DNA of 14,700 nucleotides, taken from assembly GCA_028700905.1 (NCBI GenBank), contig JAQVRT010000013.1:1-14700 (forward strand), read 5' to 3'. The translations under genes were made by a program, and so were the position numbers. The notes beneath the pieces are model-generated. The model was not told the DNA's origin and made no database searches. It saw only the letters and a list, made by a program, of their open reading frames with translations. The DNA is from Candidatus Iainarchaeum sp. (GTDB lineage Archaea; Iainarchaeota; Iainarchaeia; Iainarchaeales; CSSED10-239). Below are positions 1 to 8,092 of the stretch, one piece after another; the first letter of the stretch is position 1; every line of letters begins with the position of its first letter.

Positions 1-179
1 CTTTAAGTGTAAACAAGTTTTTAGAATTTAATGAATTTAAAATATTAGACGGAAAAGGTAATGTTTCTTTTAAAGAAGCCGAAGAAAAAGCTATACAAGA
101 ATATAATAAATTTAATAAAAAACAAAAAATAGAATCTGATTTTGACAAGTTTTCTAAAAAATTATTAAAAAATAACTAA
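1..179 (+). CDS. 3' fragment of a RhuM-family-like protein (gene begins upstream of the window)
   Basis: An open frame phased on position 3 runs from the window edge to TAA at 177-179. It is absent from the ORF track because it has no start. The translation LSVNKFLEFNEFKILDGKGNVSFKEAEEKAIQEYNKFNKKQKIESDFDKFSKKLLKNN matches, from memory, the conserved C-terminal tail of RhuM-family proteins (ILxxxGxVSxxxAxxKAxxEYxKF....SDFDK). Confidence 0.45.
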   Translation, partial: LSVNKFLEFNEFKILDGKGNVSFKEAEEKAIQEYNKFNKKQKIESDFDKFSKKLLKNN

Positions 180-228
180 ATTAAGGGTGTATGAGGATTA
201 TTAATTAATTTAAATAATTAATTTTATT

Positions 229-330
229 ATGGATGAAAAAATATTTAACAAAGGGTATAAGTATAAACCAATAAAGACAAAAAGATTATTACTTGTAAAA
301 CCAGATATAAAATATAAAGAAGAACTTTAT
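229..330 (+). repeat. 102-nt direct repeat, copy 1 (first 34 codons of GNAT paralog A)
   Basis: Base-for-base identical to 2410-2511 (checked by eye). Identity begins exactly at the ATG and ends abruptly after codon 34. Confidence 0.9.
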
Positions 331-783
331 AATCTCTATATAAATAAAAAAATTTGGGTTTATAATGGTGGAAGTAATAATAATTATTCGCCTAATAGTG
401 TACTTTTAGAAATTAAAAAGAAAAGAAAATTATGGTTACAAAAAAAAATGGTTTCTTTTTTTATAATTTATAAAAATAAATTTGTGGGTACAATTAGTTT
501 AAATAATATTAGTCCTGATTTTAAAAATGCACAAGTTGGATTTATATTACTTCCAGATTATTGGGGTAAAGGACTTATGTCAGAAGCATTGTCTGAGTTT
601 ATGAAATTTATTTTTAAAAATACTAATCTTTTTAGAATATCTGCTTTTGTATGTGCAAAAAATAAACCTTCTATTAAAGTTTTAGAAAAAAATGAATTTA
701 AAAAAGAAGGACTTTTAAAAAAATCAGCTATCTATAATGGTAAAGTATATGATAATTATCTTTATGCTTTACTAAAAAAATAA
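229..783 (+). CDS. GNAT N-acetyltransferase, RimJ/RimL-like (paralog A)
   Basis: 184-aa ATG-initiated ORF. It has the RimJ/RimL-type pattern: N-terminal TKRLLL, DYWGKGLMSEAL (acetyl-CoA motif A region) and NKPSIKVLEKNEFKKEGLLKK near the C-terminus. It is a paralog of 2410-2961. Confidence 0.8.
   Translation: MDEKIFNKGYKYKPIKTKRLLLVKPDIKYKEELYNLYINKKIWVYNGGSNNNYSPNSVLLEIKKKRKLWLQKKMVSFFIIYKNKFVGTISLNNISPDFKNAQVGFILLPDYWGKGLMSEALSEFMKFIFKNTNLFRISAFVCAKNKPSIKVLEKNEFKKEGLLKKSAIYNGKVYDNYLYALLKK
670..777 (+). repeat. 108-nt direct repeat, copy 1 (3' end of GNAT paralog A)
   Basis: Matches 2851-2958 with 4 mismatches (positions 694, 711, 744, 772). The offset is 2181 nt, the same as for the 5' repeat. 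Confidence 0.9.
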
Positions 784-824
784 CTTGTGTTTTTAAACAT
801 AACTATCTAAAATAATAATTAAAC

Positions 825-1268
825 ATGTATTCTTATAATATAAAAAAAATTAACTTAAGAGAGATAAGATCTGATTTTATAGAATTCTTTCCATATATCT
901 TAAAAGATAAATCTTTTGAAAAAATTATTAAAGAATATCAATATATTGCTTATGCTGAAAATAAACTTGGAAAAGTTGTCTCTTGTGTGCTTTTTAAAGA
1001 ATATCTAGAGTTTCCAAAAGTTTGGCAACTTGGAAGAATTTCTACAAATAAAAAATACTTTAAAAAAGGAATTGCAAGTTATCTCTTATTAAAAATAATT
1101 GATTTTATAAAAAATAAAAAAGGTGTTAAGATACTTGTTTATGTTTCTGAAGAAAATAAAGTTGCACAAAGCTTTTATCTTAAAAATAAATTTAAAAAAG
1201 AAGCAAAGATAGATAAAATGAAGCTTGGTAGAGAGCCTTTATTTATTTTTACAAGGGAAGTTTTTTAA
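825..1268 (+). CDS. small GNAT-family acetyltransferase
   Basis: 147-aa ORF. WQLGRISTNKKYFKKGIASYLLLKIIDFIK fits the GNAT beta4-alpha3 motif A (Q/R-x-x-G-x-G/A), followed by SFYLKNKFKKE (the typical FY.k.GF motif). Confidence 0.7.
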   Translation: MYSYNIKKINLREIRSDFIEFFPYILKDKSFEKIIKEYQYIAYAENKLGKVVSCVLFKEYLEFPKVWQLGRISTNKKYFKKGIASYLLLKIIDFIKNKKGVKILVYVSEENKVAQSFYLKNKFKKEAKIDKMKLGREPLFIFTREVF

Positions 1269-1329
1269 AGGAGATGTAAGTAATATATATCTATAATTTA
1301 TAATAAATATAAAAAGAAAGGTTGATTTT

Positions 1330-2406
1330 ATGAAGAAAATATATTTAATAATTTTTTTATTTCTATTTATTTTTAGTTCAAATCTATTTGCAGATGGTTG
1401 TTTTATTCCCTTTGATTCGTCAAAAGATATAATAGAACCAAACCAAACAGGTATAATAATTTATAATGATATGCAAGAACAACTAATTTTAGGAGTAAAT
1501 TATAAGGGTGATAGTAATGATTTTGTTTGGTTAATACCTGTTCCTTCATATCCTGAAATAGATGTTTATAATAATATACTATTTTATGAATTAAGTTATA
1601 TTACAAGACCTGATATAATTACTGGCGGTAGTTTTTTTATAATTGGAGGTAGTAGTGAATTTAATTCTGAAGATTTAGTAATTATTCATGAACAAAAAAC
1701 TTTAGATACATATGATTTTACAATATTATCTTCTAATGATTCTTCAAGTATGATAGATTGGTTAAATAATAATAGTTATAATATTTCTAATGATTCTGAA
1801 AAAATAATCTCTGAATATATAGAAAAAGAATATTATTTTATAGCAATAAAAATAAATAATGAAAAAGAAATTTTTGAAGGAAATTTACAACCAATATCTA
1901 TAACTTTTAAAACAGACCAAATAATCTATCCTTTAAAAATATCTTCAATAAATAAAAGTAAAAGTGAAATTTTACTTTATATTTTTTCAGATAGTAAAAC
2001 TAAAATTGAAAATAATAATAAATTTAAATTAGAATTTTCAAAATTAGTTGATCTTGATCCTAATAAATTTGTAATTGATTATAGTTTTTATTTAGATGAT
2101 TATAGAAATAATGATTTTAACTTATCATATCTTAAAAAATATGGTGGAGAAATTTATACTATTGATACTTTAATAAAAGATAAAATGTTTTTAACAAAAT
2201 ATAGAGCTGTTTTAGATTATACTGAGATGGTAGATGATTTAATAATTGTTCCAGATAATAACAATGATGAATTTATTAAAAAAGATTATAAAGTTTATTA
2301 TATTATTATGGGTATTTTTGGTGATTTAGTATTTTTATCTCCAATTTTAGTAGGTTTATTCTTTTTATTTAGATTTTTGTATAGATTATTTAGAAAGAAG
2401 AATTAA
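1330..2406 (+). CDS. exported, C-terminally membrane-anchored protein, DUF2330-like
   Basis: 358 aa. It has an N-terminal signal peptide (MKKIYLIIFLFLFIFSSNLFA) followed by DGC. EPNQTGIIIYN...LILGVNYKGDSNDFVWLIPVPSYPEI resembles the DUF2330 N-terminal signature as I recall it. It ends in a C-terminal TM helix plus basic tail (ILVGLFFLFRFLYRLFRKKN). There are many N-x-S/T sequons. An AGGT Shine-Dalgarno-like site lies about 8 nt upstream. Confidence 0.5.
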   Translation: MKKIYLIIFLFLFIFSSNLFADGCFIPFDSSKDIIEPNQTGIIIYNDMQEQLILGVNYKGDSNDFVWLIPVPSYPEIDVYNNILFYELSYITRPDIITGGSFFIIGGSSEFNSEDLVIIHEQKTLDTYDFTILSSNDSSSMIDWLNNNSYNISNDSEKIISEYIEKEYYFIAIKINNEKEIFEGNLQPISITFKTDQIIYPLKISSINKSKSEILLYIFSDSKTKIENNNKFKLEFSKLVDLDPNKFVIDYSFYLDDYRNNDFNLSYLKKYGGEIYTIDTLIKDKMFLTKYRAVLDYTEMVDDLIIVPDNNNDEFIKKDYKVYYIIMGIFGDLVFLSPILVGLFFLFRFLYRLFRKKN

Positions 2407-2409
2407 ACT

Positions 2410-2511
2410 ATGGATGAAAAAATATTTAACAAAGGGTATAAGTATAAACCAATAAAGACAAAAAGATTATTACTTGTAAAACCAGATATAAAATATAAAG
2501 AAGAACTTTAT
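2410..2511 (+). repeat. 102-nt direct repeat, copy 2
   Basis: Identical to 229-330. Confidence 0.9.
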
Positions 2512-2961
2512 CAGCTATATGAAGATAAAAATCTCTGGATATATAATGGTTCTGGAGATAATAAAAACTCCAAAAAAATTGTAGAAAAACAAATTTTAAG
2601 AAAAATAGATGCTTGGAAAAAAAGAAAAGAAGCATCTTTTTTCATAACTTATGAAAATAAATTAATAGGCTCTATTGGTATTTTTACAATTATTAAAGAT
2701 TTTAAAAGATGTGATTTAGGTTTTATGCTTCATTCTTCTTATTGGAATAAAGGATTTATGTCTGAAGCTATAAAAGCATATATTCATTTTTTATTTAAAA
2801 ATACCTGTATTAAAAGAATAGCAGCTGAAGTTTGTACTAAAAATATAGGCTCTATTAAAGTTTTAGAAAAAAATAAATTTAAAAAAGAAGGGCTTTTAAA
2901 AAAATCAGCTATCTATAATGGTAAGGTATATGATAATTATCTTTATGCTTTATTAAAATAA
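2410..2961 (+). CDS. GNAT N-acetyltransferase, RimJ/RimL-like (paralog B)
   Basis: 183 aa, starting 3 nt after the stop of 1330-2406. It has the same architecture as 229-783 (SYWNKGFMSEAI, NIGSIKVLEKNKFKKEGLLKK). The ends are identical to paralog A and the core has diverged. Confidence 0.8.
   Translation: MDEKIFNKGYKYKPIKTKRLLLVKPDIKYKEELYQLYEDKNLWIYNGSGDNKNSKKIVEKQILRKIDAWKKRKEASFFITYENKLIGSIGIFTIIKDFKRCDLGFMLHSSYWNKGFMSEAIKAYIHFLFKNTCIKRIAAEVCTKNIGSIKVLEKNKFKKEGLLKKSAIYNGKVYDNYLYALLK
2851..2958 (+). repeat. 108-nt direct repeat, copy 2
   Basis: Matches 670-777 with 4 mismatches. Confidence 0.9.
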
Positions 2962-3060
2962 AATTCTATTATTCTCTTTCTCGGCCATTTACCCTTTTTA
3001 GAAACCTATTTATATTTTTAAAATAATAATATATATACTTATTATTTAAAAAAGAAAAAC

Positions 3061-4989
3061 ATGAATAAATTTAAAGTAGTTTCAAAATATTCTCCTGCAG
3101 GAGATCAAGGAAAAGCAATTGAACAGCTATCAGCTTCTTTAAAAAAAGGAACTAAACTACAAACCCTTAAAGGAATAACTGCAAGTGGTAAAACATTTAC
3201 TGTTGCAAAGATCATTGAACAACATCAAAAACCAACTCTTGTCTTAGCACATAACAAAACCTTAGCTGCTCAACTTTACAGAGAGTTTAAAGAATTATTT
3301 CCAAACAACAAAGTTGAATATTTTGTATCTTATTATGATTATTACCAACCAGAAAGTTATGTTCCTCAAAGAGATCTATATATAGAAAAAAACACAAAGA
3401 TTAATGAAAAGATAGAAGAGTTAAGGCTCTCTGCTACAGCATCAATTGCTTCAAGAGAAGACACTATTGTTGTTGCTTCTGTTTCTTGTATCTATTCTTT
3501 AGGAAATCCAGAAAAATTTAAAGAAATGGGTTTTGAGATTAATCTTGGACAAGAGATTTCAAGACAAGAAATTTTAGAAAATTTAGTAAATATACAATAT
3601 GAAAGAAATGACTTAGAACTTTCACAAGGAAAATTCAGAGTTAAAGGAGATGTTATTGATTTAATCTTAGGATATTCACAAAATATCATAAGAATAGAGT
3701 TATTTGGTAAAAAAATAGATAGAATAACAGAGATTGATAAAATAACTGGTGAAGTTTTATCAAAGATTAACTCTCTTTATATCTTTCCTGCAAAACACTT
3801 TGTTATTGATGAAGTTTCAAAACAAAGAGCTCTAGAGTCTATTGAAAAAGAACTAAATGAAGTCCTACCTTCTATGGGTGCTTTAGAAGCACAAAGACTT
3901 AAACAAAGAACAATGTATGACTTAGAGATGATAAGAGAAGCTGGTTATTGTTCAGGTATTGAAAATTATTCAAGACATTTTGATGGAAGAAAACCTGGTG
4001 AAAGGGCATACACCTTAATTGATTATTTTCCAAAAGATTTTCTTTTAGTTATTGATGAAAGTCATCAAACTCTACCGCAGTTAAGAGCAATGTATGCAGG
4101 GGACTTTTCAAGAAAGAAAAACTTAATTGATTATGGTTTCCGTCTTCCTTCAGCATATGATAACAGACCTTTAAAGTTTGTAGAGTTTGAAAAGAATTTC
4201 ATGAATAAAGTTATTTTTGTATCAGCAACTCCTGGAGATTATGAACTTTCAAAATCAAAATTAATCTCAGAGCTTGTTATCAGGCCAACAGGCTTAGTTG
4301 ATCCTCCAATAGAGATTCATAAATCTGAAGGACAGATAAACCATTTAATAAAAAACATAAATGAAACTATTAAAAAAGGATTTAGAGTCTTAGTTACAAC
4401 TTTAACTAAAAAACTTGCAGAAGAGTTATCAGAATATTTTGCTGAACAAAACATAAAAACAAGATATCTTCATTCAGAGATTAATACTTTAGAAAGATCA
4501 GAGATTATAAGAGAATTACGTTTAGGAAAGTTTGATCTTCTTGTAGGAATTAATCTTTTAAGAGAGGGTCTTGATATTCCTGAGATTGGTTTAATTGGTA
4601 TCTTAGATGCTGATAAAGAGGGTTTTTTAAGAGATCAGAGAAGCCTAATACAGATTATTGGTAGAGCTGCAAGAAACAAAGACTCTAAAGTTATTCTTTA
4701 TGCTGATAGAATTACAGATTCTATTAAAAAAGCAGTACAAGAGACTGAAAGAAGAAGAACATTACAGCTTGAGTATAATAAAAAGCATAACATAACACCT
4801 AAAACAATTATTAAACCTATTGAAGAAAAGCACACAGAGATTAAAGATGTTAAATCTATACCAAAGAAAGATGTTTCTAGAATGATTATAGAGCTTGAAA
4901 AAGAAATGAGAAAAGCTTCTGATAATTTAGATTTTGAAGCAGCTATTACTTTAAGGGATAAGATTAATGTCTTAAAGACAAGAAAATAG
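3061..4989 (+). CDS. uvrB: excinuclease ABC subunit B (UvrB)
   Basis: 642 aa. It has the N-terminal F.V.S.Y.PAGDQ..AI..L signature, Walker [18 protein letters not shown], the DESH box (VIDESHQT), helicase motifs V/VI ([19 protein letters not shown]) and a C-terminal UVR domain ([17 protein letters not shown]). Confidence 0.97.
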   Translation: MNKFKVVSKYSPAGDQGKAIEQLSASLKKGTKLQTLKGITASGKTFTVAKIIEQHQKPTLVLAHNKTLAAQLYREFKELFPNNKVEYFVSYYDYYQPESYVPQRDLYIEKNTKINEKIEELRLSATASIASREDTIVVASVSCIYSLGNPEKFKEMGFEINLGQEISRQEILENLVNIQYERNDLELSQGKFRVKGDVIDLILGYSQNIIRIELFGKKIDRITEIDKITGEVLSKINSLYIFPAKHFVIDEVSKQRALESIEKELNEVLPSMGALEAQRLKQRTMYDLEMIREAGYCSGIENYSRHFDGRKPGERAYTLIDYFPKDFLLVIDESHQTLPQLRAMYAGDFSRKKNLIDYGFRLPSAYDNRPLKFVEFEKNFMNKVIFVSATPGDYELSKSKLISELVIRPTGLVDPPIEIHKSEGQINHLIKNINETIKKGFRVLVTTLTKKLAEELSEYFAEQNIKTRYLHSEINTLERSEIIRELRLGKFDLLVGINLLREGLDIPEIGLIGILDADKEGFLRDQRSLIQIIGRAARNKDSKVILYADRITDSIKKAVQETERRRTLQLEYNKKHNITPKTIIKPIEEKHTEIKDVKSIPKKDVSRMIIELEKEMRKASDNLDFEAAITLRDKINVLKTRK

Positions 4990-5056
4990 TTTTTATTCTT
5001 TTAAAAATATTTTTTAATAAATATATTTTGATAAAAAATATATAAGGTGAACTAAT

Positions 5057-5282
5057 ATGAGTAAAATAACAACTATTCAATTAAATAAAAAAATTGTTAC
5101 TAATCTTCAAAATTAAGACTCATCCTAGACAAACTTATAATGAGGTTATAAGTAACTTAATTGATTATAAATTAAAAACAAGTAAAGAAAATAAGTATAC
5201 TGATTTTTTACATAAGATTCAGCAAGAAAAAATGAAGGAATTATGGGGTAATAAAGAAGATGAGGTTTGGGGAAATGTTTAA
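5057..5282 (+). pseudogene. frameshifted VapB-type (ribbon-like, PF02697-style) antitoxin gene
   Basis: ATG at 5057 follows an AGGTGA site (5045-5050) and encodes MSKITTIQLNKKIVTNLQN before a stop at 5114-5116. The +1 frame continues KIKTHPRQTYNEVISNLIDYKL... to 5282. Removing one A from the run in caaaatt (5108-5114) fuses them into about 74 aa. The fused protein has the pattern TIqL...v..L..iK.HP..tYnEVIsnLI, typical of archaeal VapB-like antitoxins. Confidence 0.55.
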
Positions 5283-5534
5283 TACACAAACATTGTTATT
5301 GTAAAGGTTCAGTTTACTGATACTCTGAAAAAATGATTGATAAATATTTGCTTACTTTATATATTAATAAAAGAAAACAAGTATATACTGATATTTTAAA
5401 TAAACTTAATAAATTTTTTTAGTATACTATTTTAATTAATACTTTTTATATATTTTCTTAAATAAATTTAATTCCCTTTATTTTTAAGCTTATACTCTTA
5501 TGGTTTCAAAATACAGTAACTCTTCTTTTTTTAA

Positions 5535-5552
5535 GTTTCACTTTTATGAAAC
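5535..5552. promoter_or_regulatory. inverted repeat GTTTCA-N6-TGAAAC followed by a T-run, upstream of the membrane wHTH gene
   Basis: GTTTCA (5535-5540) and TGAAAC (5547-5552) are perfect complements. A third GTTTCA half-site lies at 5503-5508 and a T-run at 5555-5562. The repeat is 36 nt upstream of the ATG at 5589. It could be an operator or a weak terminator. Short palindromes are common in AT-rich DNA. Confidence 0.2.
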
Positions 5553-5588
5553 ATCTTTTTTTAAAGGTTTTTATCATTATTTTTAATT

Positions 5589-6044
5589 ATGGAATCAAAA
5601 TATTCATTTATTATTTCAGTAATTTCATTTATTTTTATTATAATCTTTTTTATATTCCTTGAAAAAGATTATTTAAGTGGAAAAGATTGTACTTGTAATA
5701 ATGTTATTTCTCAGAATACTTTTTTTATCTTTTTAATATTAATTATAATTTTTTCAATTTCTTTATTTTATTATCTTCATTCTTTATCTTTAAATAAAAA
5801 AAATAAAATAATTTTTTCAAACCAAAAAACAATTTTTTCAATCTTAACTTTAGAGGAAAAATCTTTCCTAACAAATATCATTACAGAAAAAGGAAAAGTT
5901 GAACAATTAGTTTTAGCAGAAAAATATGGTAAAATTAAAGCTCATAGGTTAATTAAAAAACTTAAAGAGAAAAATATTGTGCTTGTAAAAAAAGAAAATA
6001 ATAAAAATATAATTTTACTAAATAAAGAACTTGAATTAATTTAA
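5589..6044 (+). CDS. membrane-anchored winged-helix (MarR/TrmB-like) DNA-binding protein
   Basis: 151 aa. Two predicted TM helices (about residues 6-24 and 44-64) flank a short loop carrying C-T-C. Then come NKKNK (positive-inside) and a C-terminal wHTH-like segment, LTLEEKSFLTNIITEKGKVEQLVLAEKYGKIKAHRLIKKLKEKNIVLV. Confidence 0.55.
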   Translation: MESKYSFIISVISFIFIIIFFIFLEKDYLSGKDCTCNNVISQNTFFIFLILIIIFSISLFYYLHSLSLNKKNKIIFSNQKTIFSILTLEEKSFLTNIITEKGKVEQLVLAEKYGKIKAHRLIKKLKEKNIVLVKKENNKNIILLNKELELI

Positions 6045-6082
6045 TAATTATAAAAATAAATTTAACCTTAGGTGATCTATAT

Positions 6083-7339
6083 ATGCAAACAAAAAAAATA
6101 GTTTTAAAAAATATTTTTTTATTAATTTTTTTATTTTTATTTTTTTCAACATCAATAAGTGCTCTAGATAATAATTTAGACATTAATGTTTTTGTAAGTA
6201 ATACTTGTCCTCATTGTGCAGAATTAAAAGAATTCTTAAAATCAATTGAAAATAATTATGATTATTTAAATTTAAATTTTTATGAAGTTTCTTCAAGTGA
6301 AAATCAAGAACTTTTTTATAATTTAACACAAGCTCATGGTTTTCAACCTCAAGCAGTTCCTACAACTTTTATAGGTGATCAATATTTTGTAGGGTATAGT
6401 TCTCAAATGAATTCAGAAATCATTAATTTAATTGAAGATGCAAAGATTGAAGCAATTGATGTTAATGAAAATACAGATAATAATTCTTCTCAAGAAACAA
6501 TAGAAAGCTCCTCTCAAACCTTTAATATACCATTGATTGGTAAAGTAGATTCAAGTGCTGTATCTTTACCTCTTTTAACAATAATTCTTGGTTTTTTAGA
6601 TGGTTTTAATCCATGTGCTTTCTTTGTTTTATTATTTTTATTATCAATGCTTGTTTATGCAAAAAATAAAAAAAGAATGTTAATTATAGGGCTTACTTTT
6701 ATTTTCTTTTCTGGTTTAATTTATTTTTTATTTATGTCTGCTTGGCTTAATTTCTTTAAAGTTACTCAAAATATTTCAATAGTTACAACTATTGCAGGAA
6801 TAATTGCTTTAGTAATTGCAATTATTAATATTAAAGACTTTTTTGCTTTTAAAAAAGGAGTTACTTTATCTGTTTCAGATGATCATAGAAAAAATTTAAT
6901 TGAAAGAATGAGAAATCTTCTTAAAGCAGAATCAATGACCTCTATGATGATTGGAACAATTGTTCTTGCAATTACAGCTAACATTTATGAATTATTATGT
7001 ACTGCTGGGTTCCCTATGGTTTTTACAAAGATTTTAGTTTTAAACCAATTAAGTAATGTAAGTTATTATTCTTATTTATTATTCTATAACTTAATGTATG
7101 TTCTACCATTATTAGTTATAGTTTTAATTTTTACATACACTTTAGGTGCAAGAAAACTTTCTCAATCTCAAGGAGAAGCCTTAAAACTACTTTCAGGTAT
7201 GATGATGTTATCTTTAGGAGGAATGCTTGTTTTTTCTCCAGGTCTTTTAAATAATATTTTCTCTGCTATTGGTGTAATATTTTTAGCTTTGATTTTAACA
7301 GGTATTATTATTTTTATAAAAAATAAAATTAAAAAGTGA
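6083..7339 (+). CDS. exported thioredoxin/glutaredoxin-fold domain (CPHC) fused to a DsbD/CcdA-like thiol:disulfide transfer membrane domain
   Basis: 418 aa with AGGTGA 7 nt upstream. It has a signal peptide ending ISA, a C42-P-H-C45 motif (TGT at 6206-6208) in a Trx-like context and an S/N-rich linker. About 6 TM helices follow, with membrane cysteines in GFLDGFNPCAFFVLLFLL and YELLCTAGFPMVF, as in the DsbD/CcdA superfamily. Confidence 0.6.
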   Translation: MQTKKIVLKNIFLLIFLFLFFSTSISALDNNLDINVFVSNTCPHCAELKEFLKSIENNYDYLNLNFYEVSSSENQELFYNLTQAHGFQPQAVPTTFIGDQYFVGYSSQMNSEIINLIEDAKIEAIDVNENTDNNSSQETIESSSQTFNIPLIGKVDSSAVSLPLLTIILGFLDGFNPCAFFVLLFLLSMLVYAKNKKRMLIIGLTFIFFSGLIYFLFMSAWLNFFKVTQNISIVTTIAGIIALVIAIINIKDFFAFKKGVTLSVSDDHRKNLIERMRNLLKAESMTSMMIGTIVLAITANIYELLCTAGFPMVFTKILVLNQLSNVSYYSYLLFYNLMYVLPLLVIVLIFTYTLGARKLSQSQGEALKLLSGMMMLSLGGMLVFSPGLLNNIFSAIGVIFLALILTGIIIFIKNKIKK

Positions 7340-7348
7340 GTTTAAGAT

Positions 7349-7756
7349 ATGAAATATAAAGAATATAATCTTCCTGATAATCTTTTATATAATAAAGATT
7401 CAAGTTGGATTAAAATAGATAAAGATATTGCTACATTAGGAGTTATTGAACCTATTGCAAAAACATTAAAAGAATTTTTATTTATTAAATTTTCTGATTT
7501 AAAAACTATTAAAAAAAAAGAAATATATGCTTCTCTTGAAACTTTAAAATGGTCTGGACATTTAACTTCTCCATTAAGTGGAGAAATTATAGAGATTAAT
7601 CAAGATTTATATGACTCTCCAGAAAAAATAAATAAAGAACCTTATGCTTCTTGGATTATAAAAATAAAATTCTCTGATCTTAAAGAAATTAAAGAATTAT
7701 TTAAGGCAGAAGAAATAATTGAATGGCTTGAAAAAACAATTAATAAAGGTGATTAA
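7349..7756 (+). CDS. gcvH: glycine cleavage system H-like lipoyl carrier protein
   Basis: 135 aa. SLETLKWSGHLTSPLSGEIIEINQDLYDSPEKINKEPYASWIIKIKFSD aligns with the canonical vESvKa..dlysPvsGev...N..l..sPelvN.dPY..gW..kik. The lipoyl-lysine is retained (K67, AAA at 7547-7549). Confidence 0.85.
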   Translation: MKYKEYNLPDNLLYNKDSSWIKIDKDIATLGVIEPIAKTLKEFLFIKFSDLKTIKKKEIYASLETLKWSGHLTSPLSGEIIEINQDLYDSPEKINKEPYASWIIKIKFSDLKEIKELFKAEEIIEWLEKTINKGD

Positions 7757-7759
7757 GAT

Positions 7760-8092
7760 ATGTGTGCTTTAGAAGAAGAAAAAAAATTTAATGATTTGTT
7801 TATTTATCTTAAAAAAAATAGTTCTCAACATATAAATGAATTTCAAAAATTTATGGCAACTGTTGAAGAAGATGGAAAACTTTCTTCAAAAATAAAAGAA
7901 GCAGTTGCTTTAGGAATAGCTATTAAATCTCAATGTAAGGCTTGTATTTTTTTACATACAAAAAAAGCATTAAACAAAGGATATACTGAAGAAGAAATCT
8001 TAGAGATTGCATGGGTTGCAGTTTTAATGGGTGGAGGACCTTCTTTAATGTACATGACTTATGTAAAAGAAGCTTTAGAGGAATATAAATGA
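7760..8092 (+). CDS. carboxymuconolactone decarboxylase (CMD)/AhpD-like family protein with CxxC...H motif
   Basis: 110 aa with AGGTGA 7 nt upstream, inside the gcvH 3' end. KIKEAVALGIAIKSQCKACIFLHTKKALNKGYTEEEILEIAWVAVLMGGGP matches the CMD core pattern (C-x-x-C-x-x-x-H, then G.s.eEi.E). The cysteines are C59 and C62, with TGT at 7934-7936. Confidence 0.8.
   Translation: MCALEEEKKFNDLFIYLKKNSSQHINEFQKFMATVEEDGKLSSKIKEAVALGIAIKSQCKACIFLHTKKALNKGYTEEEILEIAWVAVLMGGGPSLMYMTYVKEALEEYK

Noticed and set aside
2426-2635. 69-aa minus-strand ORF in the ORF track
   Set aside because: It lies entirely antisense to the well-supported GNAT gene 2410-2961. The translation is low-complexity and F/L/Y-rich, as expected from the reverse complement of K/E-rich AT-rich coding sequence. 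No ribosome-binding site was seen.
229-2961. GNAT-flanked segment as a composite transposon or other mobile element
   Set aside because: The direct repeats are the coding ends of the two paralogous genes, not IS elements. There is no transposase or integrase, and I found no terminal inverted repeats or target-site duplication.
2962-3060. Possible small RNA or tRNA at the only locally GC-richer patch (ctcggccatttaccc, about 2978-2995)
   Set aside because: The patch is far too short and has no cloverleaf-compatible stems. I saw no tRNA, rRNA or CRISPR-like repeat-spacer periodicity anywhere in the window.
3492-3689. 65-aa minus-strand ORF in the ORF track
   Set aside because: It lies antisense inside uvrB, whose frame is unambiguous across this stretch. 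It has no recognisable motif.
5094-5282. 62-aa ORF as an independent TTG-initiated gene
   Set aside because: The upstream ATG at 5057 has a strong AGGTGA site, and its 19 codons supply the missing N-terminal strand of the antitoxin-like fold. A single frameshifted gene explains both pieces better.
5275-5336. Short frames downstream of the antitoxin (MFNTQTLLL and IVIVKVQFTDTLKK) as remnants of a MazF/PemK- or PIN-type toxin
   Set aside because: IVIVKVQFTD is faintly like the GDIVLVDFPF start of PemK/MazF toxins. However, the fragments are too short and broken for any assignment by eye. They are mentioned only as context for the decayed-TA hypothesis.
5962-6183. 73-aa minus-strand ORF spanning the 5589-6044 / 6083-7339 junction
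   Set aside because: It overlaps two better-supported + strand genes and their intergenic Shine-Dalgarno site. The translation is low-complexity (K/I/F runs).
7349-7756. GcvH as part of a canonical glycine cleavage operon
   Set aside because: No P-, T- or L-protein gene is adjacent. The neighbours are thiol-redox and lipoate-ligase genes instead. A canonical role cannot be excluded without the rest of the genome, but the local context does not support it.
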